Origin: Dehalococcoidia bacterium
GTDB taxonomy: Bacteria > Chloroflexota > Dehalococcoidia > UBA2979
Length of the DNA: 64,000 nt
Assembly: GCA_965262725.1 (NCBI GenBank)
Contig: OZ253555.1
Location: 640,001 to 704,000, forward strand
Reading direction: 5' to 3'
The position numbers were made by a program, and so were the translations under genes. Within the stretch, counting starts at the first letter, position 1. The number at the start of each line of letters is the position of its first letter. Below, in pieces: positions 51,513 through 62,588 of the stretch. A model generated the notes under the pieces. That model was not told where the DNA came from. It searched no databases and saw only the letters and a program-made list of their open reading frames with translations.

Positions 51513-54179
51513 GTGAACAGACGCGATCTCTGGTGGCTCGGTCTCGCGGTCGTCGCCGGCCTGGCGGTGGGGATGGTCATCCGCCAGACGTACGAGCCGT
51601 TCGCGGCGGTGGCGTCCCATCTGGACGCCGCCGGGACACTGCCCCCGATCGTGGCTCAGGGTACGACGTCTTCGGCGATTCGGGCCGCGGAGCGGGCGCT
51701 GTGCGTGAGCGGCTCGGCGGTGGGCGCGGGCAACGAGGGTCTGCTCGACGACTGCGCGGTGCTGCTTCAGGCGAGGGACACGCTGCGCGGCACGGCGACG
51801 CTCAACTGGAGCGCCGACACCGCGATCGCGGACTGGACTGGCATCGCCCTATCCGGGACGCCGCAGCGCGTGACGGAACTGACGCCGACGTACGCCGGTC
51901 TCAACGGCAGCATCCCGCCCGTGTTGGGCAGTCTCCCCGGGCTGGAGGACCTGCAACTCTCCAACAATGCGCTGACGGGCTCGATTCCCGCGGAGCTGGG
52001 CTCGCTGAGTGAGCTGGACATCCTCTACCTCCACAACAACCAGCTTGAGGGCGCGATTCCCGCGGAGCTGGGGAACCTCGCGAAGCTGCGATTCCTGGGC
52101 CTGCGCAACAACCAGCTCACGGGCACGATCCCGGCCGCGTTCGCCAGCCTGTGGGAACTGCAGGACCTCTACCTCAACAACAACCAGCTCACGGGCGCGA
52201 TTCCGGCCCTGCTGGGCGACCTCGACCTGCGCATCCTCTACGTGGCGGGCAACAGCGGGCTCACGGGCTGCATCCCTGCGGCGCTGAGCAGCGTCACCTT
52301 CAGCGACCTCGCGACGCTGAGCCTGGAGGATTGTGAGGCGGAGCCCACGCACACGCTGACGACATCGAGGACCGGCATCGGCAGCATCTCTCCGGCGCCG
52401 GGCGCGCACAGCCACCGCAGCGGGGCGCTCGTGCGCGTGGAGGTGACTCCGGGAGACGGGTATCGCGTGGCGTCGTGGGGCGGCGACTGCAGCGGAAACG
52501 GCCGGGCGACGGAGTGCATCCTCACGCTGGACGCCGCCAGGACGGCGAGCGTGACCTTTGAGGCGGGAGAGCCCATCGCGACGTACACGCTGACGACGTC
52601 GGCGGGGTCGAACGGGAGCATCTCGCCCGCAGCGGGCACGCACATCTACGACGAAGACACGAGCGTGACGGTGACGGCGGCGCCGGGGGAAGGCTACCGC
52701 GTGGGGGCCTGGGGCGGCGACTGCAGCGGCGCGGCCCTGACCTGCGTGCTGACGATGGACGCGGACAAGACGGCGAGCGTGACCTTCGAGCGGACGGCGC
52801 ACACGCTCACGACCTCGGCGGGAGCGAACGGGAGCATCTCGCCCGCGGCGGGCTCGCACAGCTACGACGAGGACACGAGCGTCACCATCACGGCGACGCC
52901 GGATGAGGGCTACGGCGTCGACTCGTGGGGTGGCGACTGCAGCGGCACGGCCCTGACGTGCGTGCTGACGATGGACGCGGACAAGGCCGCGCGCGTCGTG
53001 TTCGCGCCGTCGGGTGCGGTCTGCACAACCGCCACGGACGCGACCTGCGTCCGGGCCGTCTACACCGGCGCGCCGGGCGACTACAGCTCCATCGCGGACA
53101 TCCCCGCGGACGCGCTCATCACGCCGGACGCGGCCGGCCGCTACCACGTGGAGCGGGGCGAGCAGGTGACGGTCATCACGGCCGCCACGGTGCCCACGGG
53201 CTACACGCGCTTCTACCTGCAGTGGCGGCCTGAGGGGACCCCCCCGCCGACCTCGTTCACGCGGCTGATCCCCCCCGTGGGGACGACGTACACGTTCACG
53301 CCGACGGAGGACGAGGCCGGGTCGACGCTGATCACGTTCGACCTGACGGCGGCGCGGCCGCGGCCGCTCTCAATCGGCGACAAGCCCGAGCTGGGGGACG
53401 TGGTGGCGACGACCGTCTTCCAGGTGGTCTCGTGTGGGTCGGGTGTCGCCGTGCCTGCTCCGACGACGAACGGGGAACTGGTCGGGGACTGCGAACAACT
53501 CTTGGCGCTCCGGGACACGCTGGAGGGCGCGGCAGCGCTGAACTGGAGCGCGAGGAGGGCCATGACGAGTTGGGCCGGCGTGACGATGTCGGGCACGCCC
53601 CGGCACGTGACGGAGCTGGAGCTGGCGAACAGCGGGTTGACGGGCGAGCTAACGGGCCTGCTGGGCACGCTCACGGCGCTGACGGAGCTGCGGCTCGATG
53701 GGAACGCCCTCACGGGCATGGTCCCGTCGAAGCTTGGCCAGTTGGCGGACCTGACGCATGTCTACCTGGCCGGGAACAACCTGACGGGCTGCGTGCCGAC
53801 GTCGCTGAGGGCGGTGGCGAACAACGACATCCCCCTGTTGAACTTGGCAGACTGCGGCGCGCCGGCCGACGTTTCCGACCGAACGCGAGGGGATCCGCTC
53901 CCGGTCGGCACCTACCAGTTCGACTTTTCCTCTCAGCACGGACCTCTTGTGTTCGACATCCCACCTGGTGCCAGCGTGGAGTTGGATTACTTGGTCGTCA
54001 GCGAGCCACAGGAAGGGACTGGCGATTCCACTGAGGGTCTCCTTCTGCAAGACGAAGCCACAAAATCTTGGGTCTGTCTCGATCTAGTACGGGCCATCGA
54101 ATGTAATCGATGGGTGAGCGGTCAGAGTGTAGACGTGACCTTTGACCGTATCATCGAATCGCTCTGGGTAGCTGAGTAG
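51513..54179 (+). CDS. Leucine-rich repeat surface protein with InlB B-repeat-like domains
   Basis: Plant-type LRRs (LYLHNNQLEGAIPAELGNL); three TLTTS.G.NGSISP...WGGDCSG repeats; N-terminal TM helix. Confidence 0.9.
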   Translation: MNRRDLWWLGLAVVAGLAVGMVIRQTYEPFAAVASHLDAAGTLPPIVAQGTTSSAIRAAERALCVSGSAVGAGNEGLLDDCAVLLQARDTLRGTATLNWSADTAIADWTGIALSGTPQRVTELTPTYAGLNGSIPPVLGSLPGLEDLQLSNNALTGSIPAELGSLSELDILYLHNNQLEGAIPAELGNLAKLRFLGLRNNQLTGTIPAAFASLWELQDLYLNNNQLTGAIPALLGDLDLRILYVAGNSGLTGCIPAALSSVTFSDLATLSLEDCEAEPTHTLTTSRTGIGSISPAPGAHSHRSGALVRVEVTPGDGYRVASWGGDCSGNGRATECILTLDAARTASVTFEAGEPIATYTLTTSAGSNGSISPAAGTHIYDEDTSVTVTAAPGEGYRVGAWGGDCSGAALTCVLTMDADKTASVTFERTAHTLTTSAGANGSISPAAGSHSYDEDTSVTITATPDEGYGVDSWGGDCSGTALTCVLTMDADKAARVVFAPSGAVCTTATDATCVRAVYTGAPGDYSSIADIPADALITPDAAGRYHVERGEQVTVITAATVPTGYTRFYLQWRPEGTPPPTSFTRLIPPVGTTYTFTPTEDEAGSTLITFDLTAARPRPLSIGDKPELGDVVATTVFQVVSCGSGVAVPAPTTNGELVGDCEQLLALRDTLEGAAALNWSARRAMTSWAGVTMSGTPRHVTELELANSGLTGELTGLLGTLTALTELRLDGNALTGMVPSKLGQLADLTHVYLAGNNLTGCVPTSLRAVANNDIPLLNLADCGAPADVSDRTRGDPLPVGTYQFDFSSQHGPLVFDIPPGASVELDYLVVSEPQEGTGDSTEGLLLQDEATKSWVCLDLVRAIECNRWVSGQSVDVTFDRIIESLWVAE

Positions 54180-54185
54180 CGCGCG

Positions 54186-55645
54186 GTGATGGTACTTCAG
54201 CATGCCCCCAAGCCGATCGTAAAGGTTATCGCCACACTGCTTCTTGCTTTGGCCTCCACCGGGTTGTCACTCTTCCTACCCGTCGTAGTTTCCCCGGAGC
54301 TCTCCCAGATGGCGTTTGCGGATATCGACACTACAGCCGCAAACGTGCTGTGGGCTAACGTAAGTCGAGAGACGATCGAGGGTGAGAGCGTTACTGTTTG
54401 CTCCGACACGCATCGGAACGCCGCGCAGGACGCAGTACAGATGTGGAACAGCGGCCTGCGGGACAAGGGCTTCGTGGAATTCGACGTGTTCACCTTCGCC
54501 GACACGTGCCCCAGTGTCGCCGCCGAGTCAACGGTCAGTGTCGATCACATACTCGTACGGGGTTTGCCCGAGACTGACCCGGACTTCCGATGTCCCACAT
54601 ACTCGGATGGCACTGGCGCTACTGGTTGTGCGCTGTTGGTGGCTCAGAGAGGTGTCCAGAACAATTTTGTTGGGATTCTCGAACTGCGATTGAATACTGA
54701 CAAGAGACCCGTCGCGCACGAGAATCCGTCGCATCCAGGCTACACCGTGGCGGGGTTTGAGGCCAATCGACGCACGGTAGCCCACGAGTTGGGTCATGCA
54801 CTCGGCATGGATCACCCTAGCGCAGCGGCACGTCCCGGACGAGCAGCACGTGCACGCTCACGATGAGCGGTAACCGCAGCGCGAGCGTCAGCTTCATCCG
54901 GCAGTACAGGCTGACGACATCGGCGGGAGCGAACGGGAGCATCTCCCCTGCGACGGGCAGCCACGACAGCGGCGCGTCCGTGACTGTGAGGGCGACGCCG
55001 ACGAACGCCAACTACGCCATCAGTTCGTGGGGCGGGAACTGCAGCGGCACGTCCCGGACGAGCAGCACGTGCACGCTCACGATGAGCGGTAACCGCAGCG
55101 CGAGCGTCAGCTTCATCCGGCAGTACAGGCTGACGACATCGGCGGGAGCGAACGGGAGCATCTCCCCTGCGACGGGCAGCCACGACAGCGGCGCGTCCGT
55201 GACTGTGAGGGCGACGCCGACGAACGCCAACTACGCCATCAGTTCGTGGGGCGGGAACTGCAGCGGCACGTCCCGGACGAGCAGCACGTGCACGCTCACG
55301 ATGAGCGGTAACCGCAGCGCGAGCGTCAGCTTCGCGAGGGTGCCGGTCACGTACACGCTGAGCACGTCGGTGAGGCCGTCGGGAATCGGGTCGATCAGCG
55401 TCAGCCCGGCGGGGCCGTACAGTCCGGGGACAAGCGTGAGCGCGTCGGCCACATCGAACTATCCGGACTATCGGTTCTCCCACTGGGTGGGTCCGGGATC
55501 GGGCGTCTCGCCGCGGACCATCACGATGAACGGGCACTATAGCCTGACGGCCGTCTTCGTGCCGATCACCGAGTGCACGCCGGGCGTGGACTGCCGCCGG
55601 AGCGACGACGGCGAGGGCGAGGAGGGGAGCACGCCCGCGCCGTAG
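54186..55645 (+). pseudogene. Secreted zinc metallopeptidase with B-repeats, split by a frameshift/deletion near 54820
   Basis: HELGHALGMDH metzincin motif, then B-repeats in a different frame. Confidence 0.7.
54822..55333 (+). repeat. Exact 219-bp tandem repeat (about 2.3 copies)
   Basis: Units start at 54822, 55041 and 55260. Confidence 0.9.
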
Positions 55646-55702
55646 CGACGCCGCTGGGGCGACAATCGCTTCGGGCAGGCCGATGCGCCCGTGGGCCTCT
55701 AG

Positions 55703-57095
55703 CAGGGTTGTGATTTTCTCCCTGGGTGCCCGGAGCATGGCCGGCGGTGCCCCGCGGGTGCAACAAACGCCCCCGGTAGCTGTCAGAAGCCCCAGGTAGT
55801 GGTCGACTGTAACTGATAAGACGAGTACACTAACGATCATACAAGAGGGACCCCCACGAGGGAGGATATCGATGCGAGGACAGAGCGAGGACCAGGGCCG
55901 CGCCACTCTCACCTACCCGGAGATGTTCGTCCCCAGCGACCACCCGCTCCGACGCATCAAGCCCATCGTCGACCGGGCGCTCGCCAATCTCTCCCCGCGC
56001 TTCGACGGTCTCTACAGCGAGTCCGGGCGACCGTCGATTCCGCCCGAGACGCTGCTCAAGTCGACACTCCTCATCGCCTTCTTCTCGATTCGTAGCGAGA
56101 GCCAGTTCTGCGAGCGGCTGCGGTCCGACATGGCGTTCAAGTGGTTCCTCGACCTCCCGGGAGACCCCGGTTCCTTCGACCGCTCCACGTTCTCGAAGAA
56201 CCGCTCCCGGCTCCTTGACGGCGACATCGCCCGGGGGTTCTTCGAGGAAGTCGTGAGGGAGGCGAGGGAGCGGAACCTGCTGTCCGAGGAGCACTTCACG
56301 GTCGACGGGTCGCAGCTCGAGGCGTGGGCGTCGCACAAGAGCTACCGGTCACGCGACGAGCAGGACGGGGACAAGCCTGCGGGCCGCAATCCGGACGTCG
56401 ACTTCCGCGGCGAGCGCCGGCACCGGGACACCCACGTCAGCACGACCGATCCCGGCGCGCACCTGTACCGGAAGGGGAACGGGCAGGCGGCGCGCCCGAG
56501 CTACATCGGGCATGTGATGACGGAGAACCGCAACGGGCTCATCGTCGATGTCGAGCTCACGACGGCGCACGGGCGGGCGGAGCGGGATGCGGCGCTGGCC
56601 ATGGCCGAGCGCAGCCTGACACCGGGGGCGACGCTGGGCGCCGACAAGGGATACGACGCGAAGCACTTCGTGGAGGGGCTGTGCGAACTCGGGGTCGTGC
56701 CGCACGTGGCACGGCGAGCGAAGCACAGCGCCATCCCCGAGGAGGTGGCGCAGACGCCCGGCTACGAGGTGAGTCAGCGCCGGCGCAAGATGGTGGAGGA
56801 GAGCTTCGGGTGGCTGAAGACCGTGGGGGGCGGGCGCAAGCTCCGCTACATCGGCGAACAGGTCAACGGTTTCTGGATGGAGATGGGCGCTGCCGCGTAC
56901 AACCTGGTGCGCGTGGCCAATATCGACGCCGCGCTGTCACGGGCGTAGTGCGCCCGGAGTAGGTCCCGGGGCGCCCGGACGGGGTGAGAGAGCCCCGGAG
57001 GGGGCCAGAATCGGCCCCGAAATGACGCCGCATACGCCCTCTTGGCGGTGATTCGCTCCGTGGCCGCGCCAAAGGGGGCCTTTTTCCCGACCCTG
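55703..57095 (+). mobile_element. IS5-family insertion sequence
   Basis: CAGGGT terminal inverted repeat; CTAG on both flanks (55699-55702 and 57096-57099). Confidence 0.85.
55872..56948 (+). CDS. IS5 family transposase
   Basis: GRPSIPPE, FTVDGS, ADKGYD and VEESFGWLK motifs. Confidence 0.93.
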   Translation: MRGQSEDQGRATLTYPEMFVPSDHPLRRIKPIVDRALANLSPRFDGLYSESGRPSIPPETLLKSTLLIAFFSIRSESQFCERLRSDMAFKWFLDLPGDPGSFDRSTFSKNRSRLLDGDIARGFFEEVVREARERNLLSEEHFTVDGSQLEAWASHKSYRSRDEQDGDKPAGRNPDVDFRGERRHRDTHVSTTDPGAHLYRKGNGQAARPSYIGHVMTENRNGLIVDVELTTAHGRAERDAALAMAERSLTPGATLGADKGYDAKHFVEGLCELGVVPHVARRAKHSAIPEEVAQTPGYEVSQRRRKMVEESFGWLKTVGGGRKLRYIGEQVNGFWMEMGAAAYNLVRVANIDAALSRA

Positions 57096-57260
57096 CTAGG
57101 CGGCGATCAGCGCCAGCCCGGAGTGCACCTGCGCTCTCGCACGTCGGCGATGTCGTGTGTTGGGGGGAAACGCGGTACGGGAAGGAGTTGTTGATTCTCC
57201 CGTAAGCGGGGCGAAGGCCGCTCGCATATTCGGGCCGAGAGCTGAGCAGAAGGCGGATTC

Positions 57261-57614
57261 ATGGAGATCGACTTTGGCGTATGGAACGCCGTGGCGGCGG
57301 ACGGCCGGCCTTATCCTGACCCCCTCACGCTGGCCGAGCAGCGCGTGCTGGAGGAACTGCGCAAGGGTGGAACGAACGGCGAGATCGCTGAGCGACTGGG
57401 GCTCGCCCCGGAGACGGTCCAGACTCACGTTGCGAGAATGCTCTCGAAGCTCGATCTCGACACCCGCCGACAGCTCACCGCGTGGCAACCCGAGCGACCC
57501 GGAGTCCGAAGACGGGTGCGCTCCCTGCTCGCGCCGCTGGCGTTCTGGATGCCCGGGTCTACAGTCAGCCAATACTTGGGGCGGCGTTGCCGCGTCGCGG
57601 GAGAAGTGCGATGA
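57261..57614 (+). CDS. LuxR-type HTH regulator
   Basis: LTLAEQRVL...TNGEIAERLGLAPETVQTHVARMLSKL. Confidence 0.8.
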   Translation: MEIDFGVWNAVAADGRPYPDPLTLAEQRVLEELRKGGTNGEIAERLGLAPETVQTHVARMLSKLDLDTRRQLTAWQPERPGVRRRVRSLLAPLAFWMPGSTVSQYLGRRCRVAGEVR

Positions 57615-58849
57615 GAGTACGGCATCGAGGTCTCGGGGTTGCGGCTCTGGTGCTGACGCTGGTCGTGGGGGCTGCCTGTGGGTCGGCTACCCCTCAGCCG
57701 TCGCCGGTAGGCACGGCTCCACTGGCACCTGCCGCTCTGTCTAGCCCCAGCGCCGAGCCCACGGCGACTGCCGAGCCCACGGCGACCGCCGAGCCCACGG
57801 CGACTGCCGAGCCCACGGCGACCGCGACACCCACGGCGACTGCCGAGCCCACGGCGACCGCGACACCCACGGCGACCGCCGAGCCCACGGCGACCGCGAC
57901 ACCCACGGCGACTGCGGAGCCCACGGCGACTGCGGAGCCCACGGCGACCGCGACACCCACGGCGACTGCGGAGCCCACGGCGACTGCGGAGCCCACGGCG
58001 ACTGCGGAGCCCACGGCGACTGCGACACCCACTCCGACCACACCTGTCCAGGTTGCGTCGTGCGCGTCAGGGATCGCGGTCCCGAATCCGACCACGAACG
58101 AGCAACTCGTGGGGGAATGCGCCCATCTGCTAGCGCTCAGGGACACACTCGCGGGAACAAGGACGCTCAACTGGAGCACCACGAGGGATATGGCAAGCTG
58201 GACCGGCGTGACGGTGGAGGGGACGCCCCGACGGGTGGTGAAACTGGATCTGGCGAATAGCGGGTTGACGGGCGAACTCTCGGGCCTGCTGGGCACGCTC
58301 ACCTCGCTAACGGAACTGCGGCTGGACGGGAACGCCCTCACGGGCCGGATCCCGTCGAAGGTCATCAGGTTGACGCGCCTGACGGATGCCTACCTGGCCA
58401 GCAACAACCTGACTGGCTGTGTGCCGCCGTCGCTCCGGCTAGTGGGGAACAACGACATGCCCTCCCTCGGCCTGGGGGACTGCGACGCACCAACAGACGT
58501 CTCCGACCGAACTCGAGGGGATCCGCTCCCGGTCGGCACCTATCAATACAAGGCGTCATCGCGGCACGTGCCTCTTGTATTCGATATCCCGCCCGGAGCC
58601 AGCATGGCGTTGGATGACCTTGTGGCCACCGAGCCAGAGGAAGGGACCGGATACTCCACTCAGGGTCTCCTTCTGCAAGACGAAGCCACACAATCCTGGC
58701 TGTGCCTCGACCTACTCCGCGCAATCGAATGCAATCGGTGGGTGCTGCAGACGGGTCAGGGTCCGGCGTTATCGGGCGAGCCTAGTCTCGATGTGATCTT
58801 TGACCGCATCGTCGAATCCCTATGGTTGGCCGAGCGGAGCGAAGGGTGA
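57611..58849 (+). CDS. LRR lipoprotein with PTATAE/T repeats, paralog of the 51513 C-terminus
   Basis: VGAAC lipobox; LRRs; shared C-terminal domain. Confidence 0.85.
   Translation: MRVRHRGLGVAALVLTLVVGAACGSATPQPSPVGTAPLAPAALSSPSAEPTATAEPTATAEPTATAEPTATATPTATAEPTATATPTATAEPTATATPTATAEPTATAEPTATATPTATAEPTATAEPTATAEPTATATPTPTTPVQVASCASGIAVPNPTTNEQLVGECAHLLALRDTLAGTRTLNWSTTRDMASWTGVTVEGTPRRVVKLDLANSGLTGELSGLLGTLTSLTELRLDGNALTGRIPSKVIRLTRLTDAYLASNNLTGCVPPSLRLVGNNDMPSLGLGDCDAPTDVSDRTRGDPLPVGTYQYKASSRHVPLVFDIPPGASMALDDLVATEPEEGTGYSTQGLLLQDEATQSWLCLDLLRAIECNRWVLQTGQGPALSGEPSLDVIFDRIVESLWLAERSEG
57757..58026 (+). repeat. 18-bp coding tandem repeat (15 units, PTATAE/PTATAT)
   Basis: CCCACGGCGACYGCSRMR units. 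Confidence 0.9.
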
Positions 58850-58894
58850 CGCTACGAGATGGCTCCAGCGCAGATCGCAGGATGCATCACCGGT

Positions 58895-59302
58895 GGTACG
58901 ACAGCGGTGCGTCGGTGACGGTAACGGCGAGGCCGAACGCCAACTAGGCCATCGCCTCCTGGGGCGGGAACTGCAGCGGCACGTCCTCCACGAGCAGCAC
59001 GTGCACGCTCACGATGAGCGGTAACCGCAGCGCGAGCGTCGGCTTCGCGCGGGTGCCGGTCACGTACACGCTGAGCACGTCGGTGAGGCCGTCGGGAATC
59101 GGGTCGATCAGCGTCAGCCCGGCGGGGCCGTACGGTCCGGGGACAAGCGTGAGCGCATCGGCCACATCGAACTATCCGGACTATCGATTCTCCCACTGGG
59201 TGGGTCCGGGATCGGGCGTCTCGCCGCGGACCATCACGATGAACGGGCACTACAGTCTGACGGCCGTCTTCGTGCCGATCACCGAGTGCACGCCGGGCGT
59301 GG
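58895..59302 (+). pseudogene. Degenerate copy of the B-repeat region 55180-55589
   Basis: Near-identical, with TAC>TAG nonsense change at about 58944. Confidence 0.75.
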
Positions 59303-59805
59303 AGCAGGTGGAGCTGCCCCCGGAGCGGCGGCGGCGGGTCGTGGTGCTGGTCGACGAGTCGAGCACGCTCGCGGCGGTCGACTACAGCCGGATGCTCTCC
59401 GAGCCTGGGAAGTAGGGAGCGAGCTTCGTGCTGGTCACGCAGGGCCTGGCGAAGCTCGATGCCGTCGACCGGTCGCTGGCGCCGACGATCTTCTCGAACA
59501 TCGACGGCCTCACCGTCTTCCAGGTCAGCGCCGAGGACGCCCGCCGGCTGGCGCCGGAACTCGGGGGCGACCTCGAGGTCGAGGACTTGACCGGCCTCGA
59601 CGATTTCGCGTGCTACGCGCGTTGGTGGGACGGCGCCGCGCGGCCGGCCGCGTTCTCGTTCCGCGTGGACCCGCCGGCCGCGGTGGCGGCGGAGCGGGTG
59701 CGCGCGGTGGCGGGACGCTCGGCGCTGCGCTTCGGCCGGCCGCGAGAGACCGTCGCAGCCGAGGTCGCGCTCGCTCTTGAGGCCACGGGCTCGCCCGCGC
59801 CGTGA
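59303..59805 (+). pseudogene. VirD4/TraG-like coupling ATPase C-terminal fragment
   Basis: VVLVDE...MLSE..K*GASFVLVTQ...IFSN...FQVSAEDA; internal stop. Confidence 0.7.
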
Positions 59806-60052
59806 GGGGCCGAGAGCGGTCGGGCGCGGCCGGACCGCTCCGGCCCGTGGGCGGCAGAGTGGACCGGGCGGTTTGGCCGTGGCCTCAATGCTGAAGGGGG
59901 ACAGGTCCCGGAGCAGATCAGGTAGTCGACCGGAAGCTCGAAGCGCTCTCGAGCCAGACCAGTCGGCTGATGGAGGAACACCAGGACTTGTGTGCGGGCG
60001 GAGGTGGTCGGGCAGGTTCTGCCTCGTCCGGCCACATCCACGAGCGAATCGC

Positions 60053-60370
60053 TCAGAGCCGCCACGCGGGCGACTCGCCGTCGTTGAGGGCGACGAGCGC
60101 GTCGCGCACGGGCTCAGGGAGGCTCTCCCAGGGCGGCAGTGTGTAGCCGTCGAACTCGGCGACGGGCACCCACTCCTCCGGCGCGACCTCCTTCTCGATC
60201 GCTTCGATCCCGTAGTTGTGCAGCCCCCAGATCTGGGTACGGCAGCGGTAGGGGCCAGCCGCCTCGATGGCGGCGGCGACCTCGTCGGTGAAGTTGGGTC
60301 CGTCCCCGTCGTCGAAGCCGAACTTCGAGAACGCGTCGGTGATCTCCCAGCAGATGATCCGTCGTGGCAT
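60053..60370 (-). CDS. Small acidic hypothetical protein
   Basis: AGGGAG RBS; FSKFGFDDGDG...WGLHNY. Confidence 0.65.
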   Translation of the reverse strand: MPRRIICWEITDAFSKFGFDDGDGPNFTDEVAAAIEAAGPYRCRTQIWGLHNYGIEAIEKEVAPEEWVPVAEFDGYTLPPWESLPEPVRDALVALNDGESPAWRL

Positions 60371-60404
60371 CAGGTTCTCCCTCTCTCGGTGCTGCAGAGG
60401 TGCT

Positions 60405-61654
60405 CGGCCGGATGGCCGGGGATCCTCCGCCTCCCCGGGAGGCGGAGGCGCGCACCCCGGCCGGCGGACGGCCGCGGACCGGCGACGATCGCGGGGGCGA
60501 TGCCGCCGGTGTGGGCGCCACCCTCGCGCACCCGGTCGTGCCCCCGGTCGTGCCCCACGACCCGCCCGGGTTCGCAGCACGCGGCGGCGGCGGGCGAGAC
60601 GCCGTGTCCTCTGCGCCCGTCCGACCGGGCGGCGAGCCGGATCTGGATCTGGATCCGGATCTGCCCGAGCCCGTGCCCGCGGCCCCGCAGGATGCCGGGT
60701 GCGAGGACGGTCGGGTGCGGTCGGCGGCCCCCCCGGAGCCGCCCGGCGGGGCGGCCGCGGGCGCGATCCTCTCCGGCGGATCCCCGCAGGCACACGGCCC
60801 GGCGCCGGCGATCCGCCAGTCGGCGCTGCTCACTCACACCGACCTCTCCCCGGCGGCGGCGGATGGCCCGCCCGCCGCGCAGGCGGTCTTCACGGTGCGG
60901 TGCCTCGGCCCCTTCGAGCTGCGGCTCGGAGCCACCCCCGTCGCGAGCTGGCCCGTCACGAAGTCCCGCGAGCTGCTGGCGTTCCTCGCCACGCAGGGCG
61001 GAAGGCCCGTGCCGCGCGAGTCCGTCGCCGAGGCGCTGTGGCCGGACTACCTCTGGGACGCGAGCCTCCGGCACACGATCGCGAATGCCGTGAGCAGCCT
61101 GCGGGGAGTCGTGCGGTCCGCGGCAGGCAGCGATGAACTTGCAGCCGGTGGTCACCGCCCGCCAGCGATACCAGCTCCAGACCGCCCTCTTCCGCATCGA
61201 CCTCGACGAATTCGAGTCCGCGCTCAGGCGCGCGGCCGTGCTCCCCGATGTGGACGCGCTTGCCGAGTACGAGCGCGCCGCGGCGCTCTGCCGGGGAGAC
61301 TTCCTCGAGGGGGAGCCGTTCCCGTGGCTCGACGCCTACCGGGCCGACTACCGCCGGCGAGTGTCCGACGGGGCGAGCCGCGGCGCAGCGGTCGCCGAAC
61401 GGCTCGGGGAGCGGGAGCGGGCGTCGCTCCTCTACCGGGTGGTCCTGGAGCAGGAGCCGACCGACGAGGCGGCCGCGCGGGGACTGATGCGCCATCTCGC
61501 GGCGGCCCGGGACGCCAACGGGGTCCGCAAGGTCTTCAAGGTGCTGTCCGAGGCGTTGAAACGGGAGCTGGACGACCCGCAGGCGGCGCCCGGGCAGGAG
61601 ACGCGGGAGCTGCTCGCCGCGCTCCTGGCCCGGGAGCCGGGAGCGGTGGTGTGA
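60405..61654 (+). pseudogene. wHTH/BTAD C-terminal part (copy 3), frame change at about 61133
   Basis: VRCLGPFEL...KSRELLAFL, then BTAD in ORF 61133-61654. Confidence 0.75.
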
Positions 61655-62208
61655 CGGGGCGCATCGCCGGCGTGCGCCCCGCTTGGCTGGTGAGGGACCG
61701 GGAGCCGCGGGCAGCGTACCCGGCGCTCGCGGGAGCGGCTCTCGTGGTCGGGGCGATCCTCGCGCTGCGCGGGCGGGAGCCGGCGGAGATCGTCCTGGGT
61801 TCGGGCTTCGGTGTCTGCTTCCTGGCGCTGGCCTGGTCGGACCTCCGGCGCCGCGTCATCCCGAACCGGCTCGTCTACCCGGCGCTGGTCCTGGCGATCG
61901 CCGTCTCCGGCGCCTGGCCCGACCGCGGGGTGGTCGAGGCGCTCACGGGCGGGCTCGGCGCGCTTGTCGTCGCGATCGCCATCCGCGGACTGAGCGGGGG
62001 CGGCCTCGGCGGCGGGGACGTGAAGATGGTTGCGCTTGTTGGGGCGGTCGTGGGCTACCCGGGCGTGCTGTCGGCCGGATTCTGGGCCGCGCTCGCGGGA
62101 GGCGTGACGGCCGCGGCGCTGCTGGTCACGCGGCGAGCCGGCCGCGGTGACCGCGTGCCCTACGGGCCGTGCATCGCGCTCGGCGCGGTTGCGGCGCTGC
62201 TGGGCTGA
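61651..62208 (+). CDS. A24 family prepilin peptidase (second copy)
   Basis: DLRRRVIPN, LGGGDVKM and PYGP motifs; GTGA overlap. Confidence 0.88.
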   Translation: MTGRIAGVRPAWLVRDREPRAAYPALAGAALVVGAILALRGREPAEIVLGSGFGVCFLALAWSDLRRRVIPNRLVYPALVLAIAVSGAWPDRGVVEALTGGLGALVVAIAIRGLSGGGLGGGDVKMVALVGAVVGYPGVLSAGFWAALAGGVTAAALLVTRRAGRGDRVPYGPCIALGAVAALLG

Positions 62209-62588
62209 TGGTGCCCGTAGGCATCAGCGAACAGTCGCGGAGATCGTGTGACCCACCCCGACTTGCCTCTCTGCATGGCCACGCGAATCGGAGTCGGGTC
62301 GGATGGGCGCGAAGTCGTTCGAGCGTTGTGTGGTGGGCCTAACTTGGGGATTATATAGTTCGTCACCCTTGACGCCGCGAACCTGTGGTACGGTCGAGGC
62401 GCTCACCACAGATTGACTGCTCACCGCATAGGCGGCTCTCCATGCCTCCCTGCGGAGTGTGAGTTGTCTGCTGTGGTGAGCGGCCAGCCGTCCACCGCAG
62501 GGAGGCACCCCACTACGTAGTCACCCAGGCAACGGTCCTTCCTGCACCACAGGAAGGAGAAGGAGAATGACCCATCGTTTCCCGGATA

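Noticed and set aside
57757-58026. CRISPR array
   Set aside because: In-frame 18-bp coding repeat without unique spacers; no cas genes in the window
53870-58830. Diversity-generating retroelement TR/VR pair in the LRR C-termini
   Set aside because: Both copies are coding, differences are not restricted to adenines, and there is no reverse transcriptase in the window
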